In this document: piece after piece, positions 18,851-28,182 of the stretch
Position numbering within the stretch: position 1 is the first letter of the stretch
Layout: the number at the start of each line of letters is the position of its first letter
DNA from: an uncultured Verrucomicrobiota bacterium
Lineage (GTDB): Bacteria > Verrucomicrobiota > Verrucomicrobiia > Limisphaerales > JAEYXS01
Assembly: GCA_964589735.1 (NCBI GenBank)
Contig: CAZPUL010000008.1
Span: forward strand, 1,213-65,212
Direction of reading: 5' to 3'
Length of the DNA stretch: 64,000 nt
Notes under the pieces: model-generated
What the model was told of the DNA's origin: nothing
What the model saw: the letters and a program-made list of their open reading frames with translations, nothing else
Database searches by the model: none
Position numbers and translations under genes: made by a program

Positions 18851-20295
18851 AGTTCTTACGTTCAGCGTCCACCCGCCTGTGCTCGCTGGTGCTCCTGGGA
18901 GCGCTGCTGGCCGCTGTGCGCGGTGAGGCGGCCGCGGTGGACACCACCATGTCCACGCAGAGCCGATCGACGCAGTTCGTGGTCATCAGCCCGTTACAGC
19001 CCTACACTTCCCGGCTTCCCAGAGACAATCCGAAGGACAACCCAAACTTGAAGGATGTCATCCGGGTGAGTGCCGCTGAGCTGGCCATCAGTTGTGAGCA
19101 GGTCAAATTCGGCCTGCTCTTGCAGTTGGATGCCGGTGACCGGTGGAAAAACCGGGTGCGCTTGCACATCAACCCGCAGATCCCGCCGCAAGCTCCGATC
19201 CTGATCAACTCCATCCAGTTCAAAAACGGTCTGCAATACAACTGGCTCTACGAACTCCAGGTGCCGGAGTACGTCGAACGGCGCAAACTCCTGCGCGCCC
19301 TCGTGCAAGTCTGCCTGGTGGAGATCGGCAACCGGAACAACCGCGAGACGAACACCGTGGATGTCCCCATGTGGCTGCGCGAAGGGCTGACCGAAATCCT
19401 GCTCAACCGCGATGGTCCCGGCATCATCGCCGAAGCCACCGGCATCCAGGAGCGTGGCAATCCCCAATTCTGGATCTTGAAGCCCGGCACCACTACCGAG
19501 AAGGTGTGGAAAGACCCGTTCAGCCTGGTTCGCGAGCGGCTTAAAGCCACCCCGCCCCTGTCCTTTTCCGATCTGAGCGTGCCGGTGGATGACCAGATCG
19601 CCAGTGTCGGGCTGGAACACTTCCAATCCTGTGCCCACCTTTTCACCAGTGAGTTGCTCACTTTGCCCGATGGCAGCGGCAAGCTCCGCACCTTTGTCCA
19701 GAATCTGCCTCATTTCTCCCACCCGCAATTCGCCTTCCTGCACGCGTTCCGCGAGCACTTCTCCTCCCCGCTGGATGTGGAAAAATGGTGGTCGCTCGCG
19801 CAGTTCAACTTGATCAGCCGCGAAGACAACGCCCGCTGGCCGGAAAAGAATGCCTTGGGCAAACTGAACGAAATCCTGCAACCCCAAGTTCAGATCCGCC
19901 TGGGGACCGATTCCCTGCCGGTCAAAGAGACCTACACCATTAAACGGCTCATCACCGAGGTGGACTTCGAGCAGCAACGACCGGTCTTGCAACAGGTCGT
20001 AGCCCAGCTCCAGCAGCTCCAATGGAACCTGCCGCCCGACCTTTTAAAATTAGTTTACGATTACCACATCACGCTGGCTACCTATCTCTATAATCGCGAA
20101 CAACTTTCAACCTCCGGCAAAAAATCCCGCACAGTGGCAGCCTCCACCGCCAAGCCGGTGGTCAGGGAGGCCCTCCAGCAATTGGAGTTTCTGGAGATTT
20201 TACGCGAGGATTTCGCCCGAATCGGTATTTCTGACATCCCAGCCGAGGCAGTGACTCAGGACCGGGTCACAGAATTCCCCAAGTCCACCCCTTGA
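18847..20295 (+). CDS. exported hypothetical protein (482 aa, no recognised domain)
   Basis: A long ORF in the coding frame with a signal-like segment 'LCSLVLLGALLAAVRGEAA'. The first codon is TTG and overlaps the fmdB-like stop (TTGA). Confidence 0.5.
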   Translation: MKFLRSASTRLCSLVLLGALLAAVRGEAAAVDTTMSTQSRSTQFVVISPLQPYTSRLPRDNPKDNPNLKDVIRVSAAELAISCEQVKFGLLLQLDAGDRWKNRVRLHINPQIPPQAPILINSIQFKNGLQYNWLYELQVPEYVERRKLLRALVQVCLVEIGNRNNRETNTVDVPMWLREGLTEILLNRDGPGIIAEATGIQERGNPQFWILKPGTTTEKVWKDPFSLVRERLKATPPLSFSDLSVPVDDQIASVGLEHFQSCAHLFTSELLTLPDGSGKLRTFVQNLPHFSHPQFAFLHAFREHFSSPLDVEKWWSLAQFNLISREDNARWPEKNALGKLNEILQPQVQIRLGTDSLPVKETYTIKRLITEVDFEQQRPVLQQVVAQLQQLQWNLPPDLLKLVYDYHITLATYLYNREQLSTSGKKSRTVAASTAKPVVREALQQLEFLEILREDFARIGISDIPAEAVTQDRVTEFPKSTP

Positions 20296-20319
20296 CATGC
20301 GGTTCCTCGCACATATAGT
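20292..20319 (+). promoter_or_regulatory. near-consensus sigma-70 promoter (TTGACA-16 nt-TATAGT) for kamA
   Basis: -35 at 20292-20297 overlaps the upstream stop codon. -10 at 20314-20319. The kamA ATG at 20328 is only 8 nt after the -10 element, predicting a leaderless or near-leaderless mRNA. Confidence 0.45.
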
Positions 20320-20327
20320 GCCGAACA

Positions 20328-21566
20328 ATGTCGACTAATACCTCGGACGCTTCGAAGGGAGACCCTGACCCTTCCGTGGAACTCCAACAGCTTAAACAGT
20401 TTCGCCCTTCTGGACGTAATGCTTGGGCGCACGTCTCGGACAAGGATTGGAACGACTGGCGCTGGCAGCTTAAGAACCGCGTCACCACCGTCGAACAGCT
20501 CCAAAAACTCATCCCCAATCTGACCACCGAGGAATACGCGGGGGCCAAACTGGCCAACACCAAATTGGCCATGGCCATCACACCGCACTTTTTCAGCCTG
20601 ATCGACGTGGATGACGTGAATTGCCCCATCCGCCGTCAGGTCATCCCCCGTGAAGAAGAGACCCAAACGGCCTCTTGGGAGATGTCCGATCCCTGTGGTG
20701 AGGATTCGCATTCACCTGTGTCCGGTCTGGTGCACCGTTATCCCGATCGCGTCCTGTTCCTCGTCACGGACCGTTGCGCCTCTTATTGCCGGTATTGCAC
20801 CCGCGCCCGTCTGGTGAGCAATGCCACGGGTTACGATTTTCACGCGGAGTTCGACAAGCAGATCGACTACATCCGCAAGACTACCACGATCCGTGACGTG
20901 CTCCTGAGCGGCGGCGATCCCCTGCTCTTCAGCGATGAGAAGCTCGAGTATCTCTTGAGCCAGCTCCGTGCCATCCCGCATGTGGAGTTCATCCGCATCG
21001 GCACGCGCATCCCCATCTTCCTGCCGCAACGCATCACCGCCGAACTCTGCGCGATGCTCAAGCAGTATCACCCGCTCTTCATGAGCGTGCACTCGAATCA
21101 TCCGCGCGAGCTTACCACCGAGGTCCGTGACGCGCTGGGGCGTTTGGTTGATGCCGGCATCCCGCTAGGCAACCAGTCCGTGCTGCTCAAGCATGTGAAT
21201 GACACGCCGGAGATCATGAAGGCACATGTGCAAAAGCTGCTCATGTGCCGCGTGCGCCCCTACTACATCTATCAGTGCGATCTCATCGCCGGTTCCGCGC
21301 ATCTGCGCACCAGCGTGCGTCGTGGATTGGAGATCATGGAGCAATTGCGCGGTCACACGACGGGCTATGCGGTACCGCAATACGTCATCGATGCCCCCGG
21401 TGGCGGTGGCAAGGTGCCGGTCAATCCCGGCTATGTCCTCAGCCACAACGCCGACCGCGTGGTCATCCGCAATTTCGAAGGCAAGGTGTTCGAATACCCG
21501 GAAGCCATCGACGGCACACCGCTGCATAAGGCACCGAAAGAGATTATCGAACCGGAGTTTGCGTAA
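20328..21566 (+). CDS. kamA: L-lysine 2,3-aminomutase (radical SAM, KamA family)
   Basis: 'DWNDWRWQLKNRV', radical-SAM cluster 'CASYCRYCTR', 'LLSGGDPL'. The ~410-aa length is typical of KamA rather than EpmB. Confidence 0.88.
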   Translation: MSTNTSDASKGDPDPSVELQQLKQFRPSGRNAWAHVSDKDWNDWRWQLKNRVTTVEQLQKLIPNLTTEEYAGAKLANTKLAMAITPHFFSLIDVDDVNCPIRRQVIPREEETQTASWEMSDPCGEDSHSPVSGLVHRYPDRVLFLVTDRCASYCRYCTRARLVSNATGYDFHAEFDKQIDYIRKTTTIRDVLLSGGDPLLFSDEKLEYLLSQLRAIPHVEFIRIGTRIPIFLPQRITAELCAMLKQYHPLFMSVHSNHPRELTTEVRDALGRLVDAGIPLGNQSVLLKHVNDTPEIMKAHVQKLLMCRVRPYYIYQCDLIAGSAHLRTSVRRGLEIMEQLRGHTTGYAVPQYVIDAPGGGGKVPVNPGYVLSHNADRVVIRNFEGKVFEYPEAIDGTPLHKAPKEIIEPEFA

Positions 21567-21591
21567 GCATTGCTGACCACTTTACCAAACC

Positions 21592-21623
21592 AAGCCGCCA
21601 AGCAATTGGCGGCTTTTTTCTTT
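21592..21623 (+). terminator. rho-independent terminator of kamA
   Basis: AAGCCGCCAA-GCAA-TTGGCGGCTT followed by a T-run (TTTTTTCTTTT). Confidence 0.8.
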
Positions 21624-21657
21624 TGCAATCAGGACGCCGGACAGAAATTCTCTCCGC

Positions 21658-23253
21658 ATGCCCCTGAATCGCCGCACGTTCCTCCAGCAGACCGGCTATG
21701 CCGGTTTGGGTCTTGGCCTGATTTCTCTCACTCCCGGATGCCAAACATCGAAACCGCCCCGTCCAGCCAGCGCTTCACTCCCCCGCAGCACACCCGAAGC
21801 TCAAGGCGTTTCCTCCACCGGTGTTCAGGCGTTCCTCGATGCCATCGCGAAGAGTAATCACGAGCTGCACAGCTTCATGATGCTGCGCCACGGCCATGTC
21901 ATCGCCGAAGGCTGGTGGGCCCCATACGGTCCGGAATACGTGCACACCATGTATTCCATGAGCAAGAGCTTCACCTCCACCACCGTCGGTTTTGCCGTGG
22001 CTGAAGGACGACTGACGGTGGAAGACAAAGTCATCTCTTTCTTCCCCGACGAGTTACCGGCGAAGGTCAGTGACAACCTCGCCGCCCTGCGCGTGAAAGA
22101 TCTGCTCACGATGTCTGTAGGTAACGAGAAGGAACCCACTGGCGTTACCGTCGCGAGCGAGAACTGGGTGAAGACCTTCCTCGCCCAAAACATCATCCAC
22201 AAGCCCGGCACAGTCTTCCTCTACAACAGCGCTGCCACGTATATGTGCTCGGCGATTGTGCAAAAGGTGACGGGCCACAAGATCATCGACTATTTGCGTC
22301 CACGCCTCTTCGAACCGCTGAACATCACCAAGGCGACTTGGGAAGAATGCCCACGTGGCATCAATACGGGCGGCTGGGGCTTAAGCGTACAGACCGAAAC
22401 CCTCGCCAAGTTCGGCCAGCTCTTTCTACAAAAGGGAATATGGCAAGGGCGACAAATCATCCCTGCTGCTTGGGTAGAAGAAGCGACCAGTCGTCACATT
22501 TTGCAGACTCCTCCCGCCAAGCCATCTCGCCCGAATGCTAAGAACGACTGGCTGCAAGGCTACGGCTATCAGTTCTGGCGCTGTCAGCAAACTGGTGTTT
22601 ATCGTGGTGACGGTGCTTTCGGGCAATACACCATCGTTTTCCCAGAGCAAGATGCCGTCGTGGTGATGACCGGTGAAAGCCCGAACATGCAGGGTGAATT
22701 GGATCTTGTTTGGGAGCATCTGTTGCCAGCCCTGAAGAAAGAAACGCTTTCAGCCAATCCATCTGCCCGAGTTCAGTTGAAGCAAACATTGGCCGGATTA
22801 ACATTGCCCATTCCAGAAGGCCAACCTGCGCGGGATTTGTCCACGCTCATCGGCCAAGGCGTCTTCAATCTAAAACCTAATAATTTGGGCTTCAAAATTG
22901 GGACCCTTACTTTCAACGCCAACACTTACGTTCTAGAATTCGGCGAAACTGGAGCCATCATTTCAGCCAGCCCGAACGGATGGTCCCGTCATGAAACCAC
23001 TCTGCCTGCACCACGCATCATCGGCGGTGGAACGCCCAAGCAAGGGACGAAGCACAAAGTGGCTAGTCGCACCGTCTGGAAGGATGATAAAACCCTCGAG
23101 TTCATCGTTCGCTACTACGAAACTCCCCACCACGACACTATCACTTGTAAGATCGACGGAAAGAAAATCTCCATCAGCTTCCTCAGCAGCATCAGCAAAA
23201 TCAGGAATACCAAAGACCCACGTCCGATATTGGAAGGCGAGTTGATAGCCTAG
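21658..23253 (+). CDS. exported serine hydrolase (class C beta-lactamase / PBP-like family)
   Basis: 'RRTFLQQTGYAGLGLGL' leader and SxxK motif 'YSMSKSFTS'. Confidence 0.8.
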   Translation: MPLNRRTFLQQTGYAGLGLGLISLTPGCQTSKPPRPASASLPRSTPEAQGVSSTGVQAFLDAIAKSNHELHSFMMLRHGHVIAEGWWAPYGPEYVHTMYSMSKSFTSTTVGFAVAEGRLTVEDKVISFFPDELPAKVSDNLAALRVKDLLTMSVGNEKEPTGVTVASENWVKTFLAQNIIHKPGTVFLYNSAATYMCSAIVQKVTGHKIIDYLRPRLFEPLNITKATWEECPRGINTGGWGLSVQTETLAKFGQLFLQKGIWQGRQIIPAAWVEEATSRHILQTPPAKPSRPNAKNDWLQGYGYQFWRCQQTGVYRGDGAFGQYTIVFPEQDAVVVMTGESPNMQGELDLVWEHLLPALKKETLSANPSARVQLKQTLAGLTLPIPEGQPARDLSTLIGQGVFNLKPNNLGFKIGTLTFNANTYVLEFGETGAIISASPNGWSRHETTLPAPRIIGGGTPKQGTKHKVASRTVWKDDKTLEFIVRYYETPHHDTITCKIDGKKISISFLSSISKIRNTKDPRPILEGELIA

Positions 23254-23260
23254 CGGTGGA

Positions 23261-23282
23261 GCGCCGGTCTCCGACCCGGCGC
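23261..23282. repeat. GC-rich hairpin (GCGCCGG-n8-CCGGCGC) between convergent genes
   Basis: 'GGAGCGCCGGTCTCCGACCCGGCGC' resembles 'AGAGCGCCCGTCTCCGCCCC' at 9402-9421. No U-tract follows. Confidence 0.4.
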
Positions 23283-23348
23283 GGATAATCAATAAGGAGT
23301 GCAAGCACCTGCATGCGGAACAAGCGGTTGCGTGACTCGCAAATTCTC

Positions 23349-23741
23349 TTACCCACCCGCAAACACCGGTCTAAATCCCGCCTCCTCCAAGATCTTCGCC
23401 GCCTCTTCCCGTTTGTCCCCTTGGATCTCGATCTGTCCATCCTTCACTGTGCCACCCACGCCGCACATCTTCTGCATCTTCTTGGCGAGCTGTTCCTTCT
23501 CCGGCAGCCCGATGCCCACAAAACCCGTCACCACCGTAACCGTCTTGCCACTGCGCCCTGCTTTTTGCCGGATTATGTCCACCCGCCCGCGGTTTTTCTT
23601 CGGCTTCGTTTCCGGCGCAGCCTGCGGAGACGGCGCTAGCGGAGAACTCGGCGCCTCCGGCAAACCTTCGCTGGAGAGCGCACCAAAAGGATTATGGCTC
23701 AGGGCCGACCCACCATCCGTCGGTATGCGTTTGCTGCTCAT
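23349..23741 (-). CDS. yciH: translation initiation factor SUI1/YciH family protein
   Basis: 'GKTVTVVTGF...LAKKMQKMCGVGGTVKDGQIEIQGDKREEAAKILEEAGF'. The ATG at 23741 follows the upstream stop. Confidence 0.85.
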   Translation of the reverse strand: MSSKRIPTDGGSALSHNPFGALSSEGLPEAPSSPLAPSPQAAPETKPKKNRGRVDIIRQKAGRSGKTVTVVTGFVGIGLPEKEQLAKKMQKMCGVGGTVKDGQIEIQGDKREEAAKILEEAGFRPVFAGG

Positions 23742-23761
23742 ATCGTACGACTCTTCAAAAA

Positions 23762-24748
23762 TCACTTCACCGGCAAAGGAATCGCCTCCACCGGCCCAAG
23801 CCACGGATAGAACGCCTTCACGTTCGCTTTGCGTCGCAGCACCTTGTCCCATTGGGTCACATAGATGTATTCCCCGCCTGGCCCACCGACGTGCACGCTC
23901 GTCATGCCCTTCTCATAAGGCTTCGGCAGCAGACCACACTCACGACCCGTAGGATCAAACACCTGCACGCCCAGCGCTGAGGACACATAGAAGCGCCCAT
24001 ACAGGTCCGAACTCATGCCATCCCCGCCGCTCGCCACCTTGTAAACCGGCGATCGCCCATCCTGGCTCTTCGCATTCTGATCCACCTCCGTCCGCATCGT
24101 CATATACGGCACCGCAGGAGTCAGCTTGCCGTCCGGTTCGATGCTGTAGGTCCACACATATTTGCCGCGTGAATCCGATACCGCCAGCGTCCGCTGGTCC
24201 GGCGAGAGAGCGATACCGTTCGGCGTGGTGAGCACACCTGAATCCACCACCTTCATCTCCCCTGTTTTCGCGTTCACAAACACCACCTGCTTTTTACCCG
24301 ACTCCGTGAAATAGATGTAGCCCTTGTGCGTCACCACCAGATCGTTCGGCGCCACATCGCTGGCAAGCACCGTCTCTTTGCCGCTGGGCAATTCGAAAGC
24401 GGACAGATGCTTGTCCTTGCCTGTGCCCGCTCCGGCATAGAGCCGGCCATCCGGCCCGAACTTCATGCCGCTCACCGGAATGCCCTCGATCACCTTGGAT
24501 TTCTTGCCATCCGGCGCCACCTTCCAGATCACCGGCGGCGTGCTGCGCATGTCGCAGAAGTAGAAATTTCCTTTGTCATCCGACATCGGCGCATCGGCAA
24601 AACCCAATCCCTCCGCCACCACCTCCCATTTCGTGTCCGGCAGAACCAGCCGATGCAACGTCATGTCGCCGCCCAGGTCCTGGGCTTTAATCGAAGAAAG
24701 TGACGTTACCCCAAAAACCGCCGCCATGATCGCCAATTTAAATTTCAT
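23762..24748 (-). CDS. exported SMP-30/gluconolactonase/LRE-like beta-propeller protein
   Basis: Signal peptide 'MKFKLAIMAAVFGVTSLSSIKA'. Motifs 'NDLVVTHKGYIYFTE' and 'PNGIALSPDQRTLAVSDS'. The ORF-track start at 24754 is TTG; the ATG at 24748 is used. Confidence 0.7.
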   Translation of the reverse strand: MKFKLAIMAAVFGVTSLSSIKAQDLGGDMTLHRLVLPDTKWEVVAEGLGFADAPMSDDKGNFYFCDMRSTPPVIWKVAPDGKKSKVIEGIPVSGMKFGPDGRLYAGAGTGKDKHLSAFELPSGKETVLASDVAPNDLVVTHKGYIYFTESGKKQVVFVNAKTGEMKVVDSGVLTTPNGIALSPDQRTLAVSDSRGKYVWTYSIEPDGKLTPAVPYMTMRTEVDQNAKSQDGRSPVYKVASGGDGMSSDLYGRFYVSSALGVQVFDPTGRECGLLPKPYEKGMTSVHVGGPGGEYIYVTQWDKVLRRKANVKAFYPWLGPVEAIPLPVK

Positions 24749-24767
24749 AACCAAATCAGTACCGCGA

Positions 24768-25649
24768 TTAATTCTTATAGCCCGCCCACAACCACTTCAA
24801 CGCCTCCGGCAGCAACGGCCCCGCCGCATTGCTGTTATGCTCCCCTTCCGTGAAATCGAAGCGGTAGTCATACTTCATATACTTCAGTGAAGACGCCATC
24901 ATCTGGTTCGCCAGCGGCCAGTTGCCGAAAGGATTGTCCAAATCATTCTTGCCGTCCTGCAGATATACGCGGATCGGTTTTTTCTCCGTCTTGCGGATGA
25001 GATACGGATACACATGCCCGCCGCGGAGATCCACGAAGCTGCCGATGGTGGTCAGCACTTTGCGGAACTGGTCCGGTCGTTCCCACGCCACCGTGAAGGA
25101 GCAGATGCCGCCCGAGCTCGCACCAGAAATCGCCCGCCCCTCTGGATCGTCCGTGATGTTATAGCCCTGCTTCTTCACCTCCGGCAGAATCTCCTCCACG
25201 AGGAACCGCGCATAGCGGTCACCCAGCGAATCATACTCGAAGCTGCGATTGCTCACGCGCCACGCATTCTCCGGCTTGTAGTTGCCGTTGTGCCCCGGGT
25301 TGATGAAAATCGCGATGGTCACCGGCATCTCACCCTTCGCGATCAGATTGTCGAACACCGTCGGCACACGCCAGTTGCCCTTCAAGTTCACATAGTCGTG
25401 CCCGTCCTGGAACACCATCACGCACGCCGGCTTCTCCTTCTTGTATTGCGCCGGCACATAGACCCACCAGTCACGCGTGGTGTTCGTGAAGATCTGCGAG
25501 GTGAAGTTTGTGTACTTCGTGATGGTCCCCGTCGGCACTCCCGCCTGCACCTCATGATACGGTGAAAGCTTCGGCTTCTCGGCGGCTGTGACGGCCTGAC
25601 TTGCTGCCACGCAAAACACCGCGAGCAAAATCAATTTCAGATGATTCAT
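24768..25649 (-). CDS. exported esterase (alpha/beta hydrolase, 'putative esterase' family); paralogue of 41998-42900
   Basis: Nucleophile elbow 'GASSGGICSF' and 'WERPDQFRKVLTTIGSF'. The ATG at 25649 gives a signal peptide. Confidence 0.8.
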   Translation of the reverse strand: MNHLKLILLAVFCVAASQAVTAAEKPKLSPYHEVQAGVPTGTITKYTNFTSQIFTNTTRDWWVYVPAQYKKEKPACVMVFQDGHDYVNLKGNWRVPTVFDNLIAKGEMPVTIAIFINPGHNGNYKPENAWRVSNRSFEYDSLGDRYARFLVEEILPEVKKQGYNITDDPEGRAISGASSGGICSFTVAWERPDQFRKVLTTIGSFVDLRGGHVYPYLIRKTEKKPIRVYLQDGKNDLDNPFGNWPLANQMMASSLKYMKYDYRFDFTEGEHNSNAAGPLLPEALKWLWAGYKN

Positions 25650-25704
25650 GGTTCTCAAAATTATCTCCGTTCGTTTTTCTGCACGCAACCGCCAAGTGCA
25701 GCCG

Positions 25705-26793
25705 TCATTTCGCTTTTTCCTTCAGCTTCACGGTTGCCTTCCGCACACAAAACGCATCCGCTCCCGAGAACACCAGATGCAGCGTCTGACCATCCGCGCT
25801 CATCCACTTTGCTGGAAAATCCGCATGTTCTCCCGGGCCTAAATCCCATTCTTTGGTGAAGTATGCCGTCGTCCACGGACCCCATGGCTCTGGCGCATCA
25901 TAGATGCCGAACCCGCCCGTGAACCGCGTATCGCCTCGATCCTTGGTAGCCCCTTCCGGCTGCGGTATCTGCTGCCACCAAAGGTAACGCTTCAATCCCG
26001 CATTGTAAGTCATCGCCGATCTTAGGCACCCGTCGCGATGCTGAAAGACGCTGCCCCGCTTCGCAATTTCGCGTGTCCACACCGGTTTCCCATCCGCCCC
26101 CAGTTTCTCATAGAACTCCCACGCGCTCCTCTCCGTGAGCTTGCCCTTCGGCACCCGCATCAGGATGAACTGATCCGCCGGCGTATCTGCTTTCGGACCA
26201 TCATGAGAATAGGCATACACAAACCCATCGCGCGCTCCCTGATAATCCTTCCCGTAATTCACAAACCCGATCAGTCCGAACTCTGGAAACCTCCACTCCG
26301 CAAAAGTCCACGTCCTGGCCTGATCTTTCGACCACGCAAGCTGCGCTTCGCCGCCCTTCTTGTCCGCGTGCCCGAACCACAGATACAGCACGCCCTCCAC
26401 CGACAGCATTCCCCAGCCCTTCAACCCAGCGCGTCCTTGTCCCAACTGCTCCGCGTCGGAACGGATGTTCACCCCTTTAAAATTCTCCGGCCCGCCCGTG
26501 ACCTTCGCGAATCCGCAGCTCAGCTTCTTCTCCACCTTCGGCACAAAGCCCGTGCCATCACCCCACGTCGTGTAGATCGCATCATCCTGCGCCCACGTCA
26601 CCGGCCAGTTATCCCCATCGCGTGCCTGGATGATGATGCTGTTCGTCGGTGCCCATTCGATCGCCTGGATCACCGGGCTGATAGGATACGAGGCCACTCG
26701 CGTCAGCTCCGCTGCTTGGAGTGATCCAAGGCACAGCGCTAGCAGGCAGGCCATCGCCGCCCAACCACTGCTCCATGTAGCACGCTTTGTCAT
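25705..26793 (-). CDS. exported hypothetical protein, probably a beta-propeller (DUF4185-like?)
   Basis: Signal peptide 'WAAMACLLALCLGSLQAAE'. Trp/Gly-rich blade-like repeats ('DGDNWPVTWAQDDAIYTTWGDGTGF'). The family assignment is uncertain. Confidence 0.45.
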   Translation of the reverse strand: MTKRATWSSGWAAMACLLALCLGSLQAAELTRVASYPISPVIQAIEWAPTNSIIIQARDGDNWPVTWAQDDAIYTTWGDGTGFVPKVEKKLSCGFAKVTGGPENFKGVNIRSDAEQLGQGRAGLKGWGMLSVEGVLYLWFGHADKKGGEAQLAWSKDQARTWTFAEWRFPEFGLIGFVNYGKDYQGARDGFVYAYSHDGPKADTPADQFILMRVPKGKLTERSAWEFYEKLGADGKPVWTREIAKRGSVFQHRDGCLRSAMTYNAGLKRYLWWQQIPQPEGATKDRGDTRFTGGFGIYDAPEPWGPWTTAYFTKEWDLGPGEHADFPAKWMSADGQTLHLVFSGADAFCVRKATVKLKEKAK

Positions 26794-28112
26794 CGCTTAC
26801 CTCGTCCCCGCTGTGCTTTCCGTTTCTGTTGCCAGAACTGCCAGCACGCCGCCCAGCCCAAAGCCACGGCGGGCACAAAGATGAATTCGATCTCGCCGCG
26901 GAATCTGGCCTGGCCCACATGCGTCAATCCGTAAACCAGTGAATAGACCACGCAATAAAGCCCCAGCACACCTTTGTATTCGAAAGGCCAAACCTTCGGC
27001 CCCCGCAAGGCAACCGCGGTGAGCACCAAAAAGACCGCCCAATAACCGATGTGCAACCAGCGCATGGTCAGGGCCTCCGCCTCACCGGAACTCCGCAAGT
27101 AACGCGCCGGAGGCATCGTCCAGAGCCACAGCATCTTTTTGAGCGTACGCTGCACAAAGGCCACCGGCTCCGCCCGCACATACTCCATCGCTTCGTCCTG
27201 CATCGCCTGCATCAGCTCCATCTCGGAGACCTTGCCACGCAACTCGAAAGCTTTAGGCGGATACTGGTTGGTGACCTCTTCGCCGCCGCCTTCCACAAAA
27301 GCCGTCCCCGTCGCGCGCGGGTTGTTCCCCATCCAAAACTCCTTGCCGAAACTGTTCTTCACCAGCAGCAGGCGACCATGTACTTGATGGTTCCGGATGG
27401 TCCAAGGCGTCAGCACCAGCAACGTGAGCAGGCCCGCCCCAAAGATCCATGCCGCCCGGGCATTGAGCCGCTGGCGGAGTGCGTTCAAGAGCAGGATACC
27501 TGACAAGAGTCCGAACACCGCCAGCAACACTGGTTGAAACAGACCGGCCACTCCGGTCGCCACACCGGTCAATGCCGCGCGCCAACCGCCTTTCGGATTC
27601 TCGCCCAATGTAAGCCAGCCCCACAAAAGCCACGGATGAAACGCCATGACGATGGCCGTGTGATGGATGCGCGTCGGATACCAATAGAGCAACGGCATCA
27701 CGCAAACGATCAACCTCGCCCACCGCGCTGTCTCCTCCCCGAACCACCGCGCCGCCAGCCAGCTCAGCGGAAAAACCATGGAGGCCGCCACCGCAGCTTG
27801 CCCCAGGCTGATAAGCAGATAGGCAAGCGGTGTTTTCCCGAACAGGCTGCCCATCCAGTAGAGCAGATAAGGATAACCCGGTGCCTGCCAGCTCGTCGGC
27901 GCGGCTGCCCGCGAAAAATCATGAGCAAAACCTTTTCCGGCCAGCAGATAATCCGCGATGCCTCCGTTCTCCCACGTCATGGGATGCCGATAATGACCAA
28001 CCGCCAGCACCGCGACCACATGCAGCAGCAGACTGGCCACGAACAGCACCTTCGGCTGGCTGAAACGTTCCAGCCACTGGTTCAAATCCATTTTGCGAAC
28101 ACCCGCTTCCAT
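26790..28112 (-). CDS. polytopic membrane glycosyltransferase (GT39/ArnT-like, PMT_2 type)
   Basis: About 10 predicted TM helices and an ArnT-like N-terminal loop. Start/stop ATGA overlap with the downstream gene. Confidence 0.55.
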   Translation of the reverse strand: MEAGVRKMDLNQWLERFSQPKVLFVASLLLHVVAVLAVGHYRHPMTWENGGIADYLLAGKGFAHDFSRAAAPTSWQAPGYPYLLYWMGSLFGKTPLAYLLISLGQAAVAASMVFPLSWLAARWFGEETARWARLIVCVMPLLYWYPTRIHHTAIVMAFHPWLLWGWLTLGENPKGGWRAALTGVATGVAGLFQPVLLAVFGLLSGILLLNALRQRLNARAAWIFGAGLLTLLVLTPWTIRNHQVHGRLLLVKNSFGKEFWMGNNPRATGTAFVEGGGEEVTNQYPPKAFELRGKVSEMELMQAMQDEAMEYVRAEPVAFVQRTLKKMLWLWTMPPARYLRSSGEAEALTMRWLHIGYWAVFLVLTAVALRGPKVWPFEYKGVLGLYCVVYSLVYGLTHVGQARFRGEIEFIFVPAVALGWAACWQFWQQKRKAQRGRGKR

Positions 28113-28182
28113 ACTTCTTATTCCCTATTCCCAGTCCTTCCCGATCTCACGGGCCGTGATTCATTGGTTTCGTTCTTCCCTT

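Noticed and set aside
23261-23282. The GC hairpin between convergent genes as a bidirectional intrinsic terminator
   Set aside because: No U/A-tract flanks either side. I list it only as a repeat-like hairpin.
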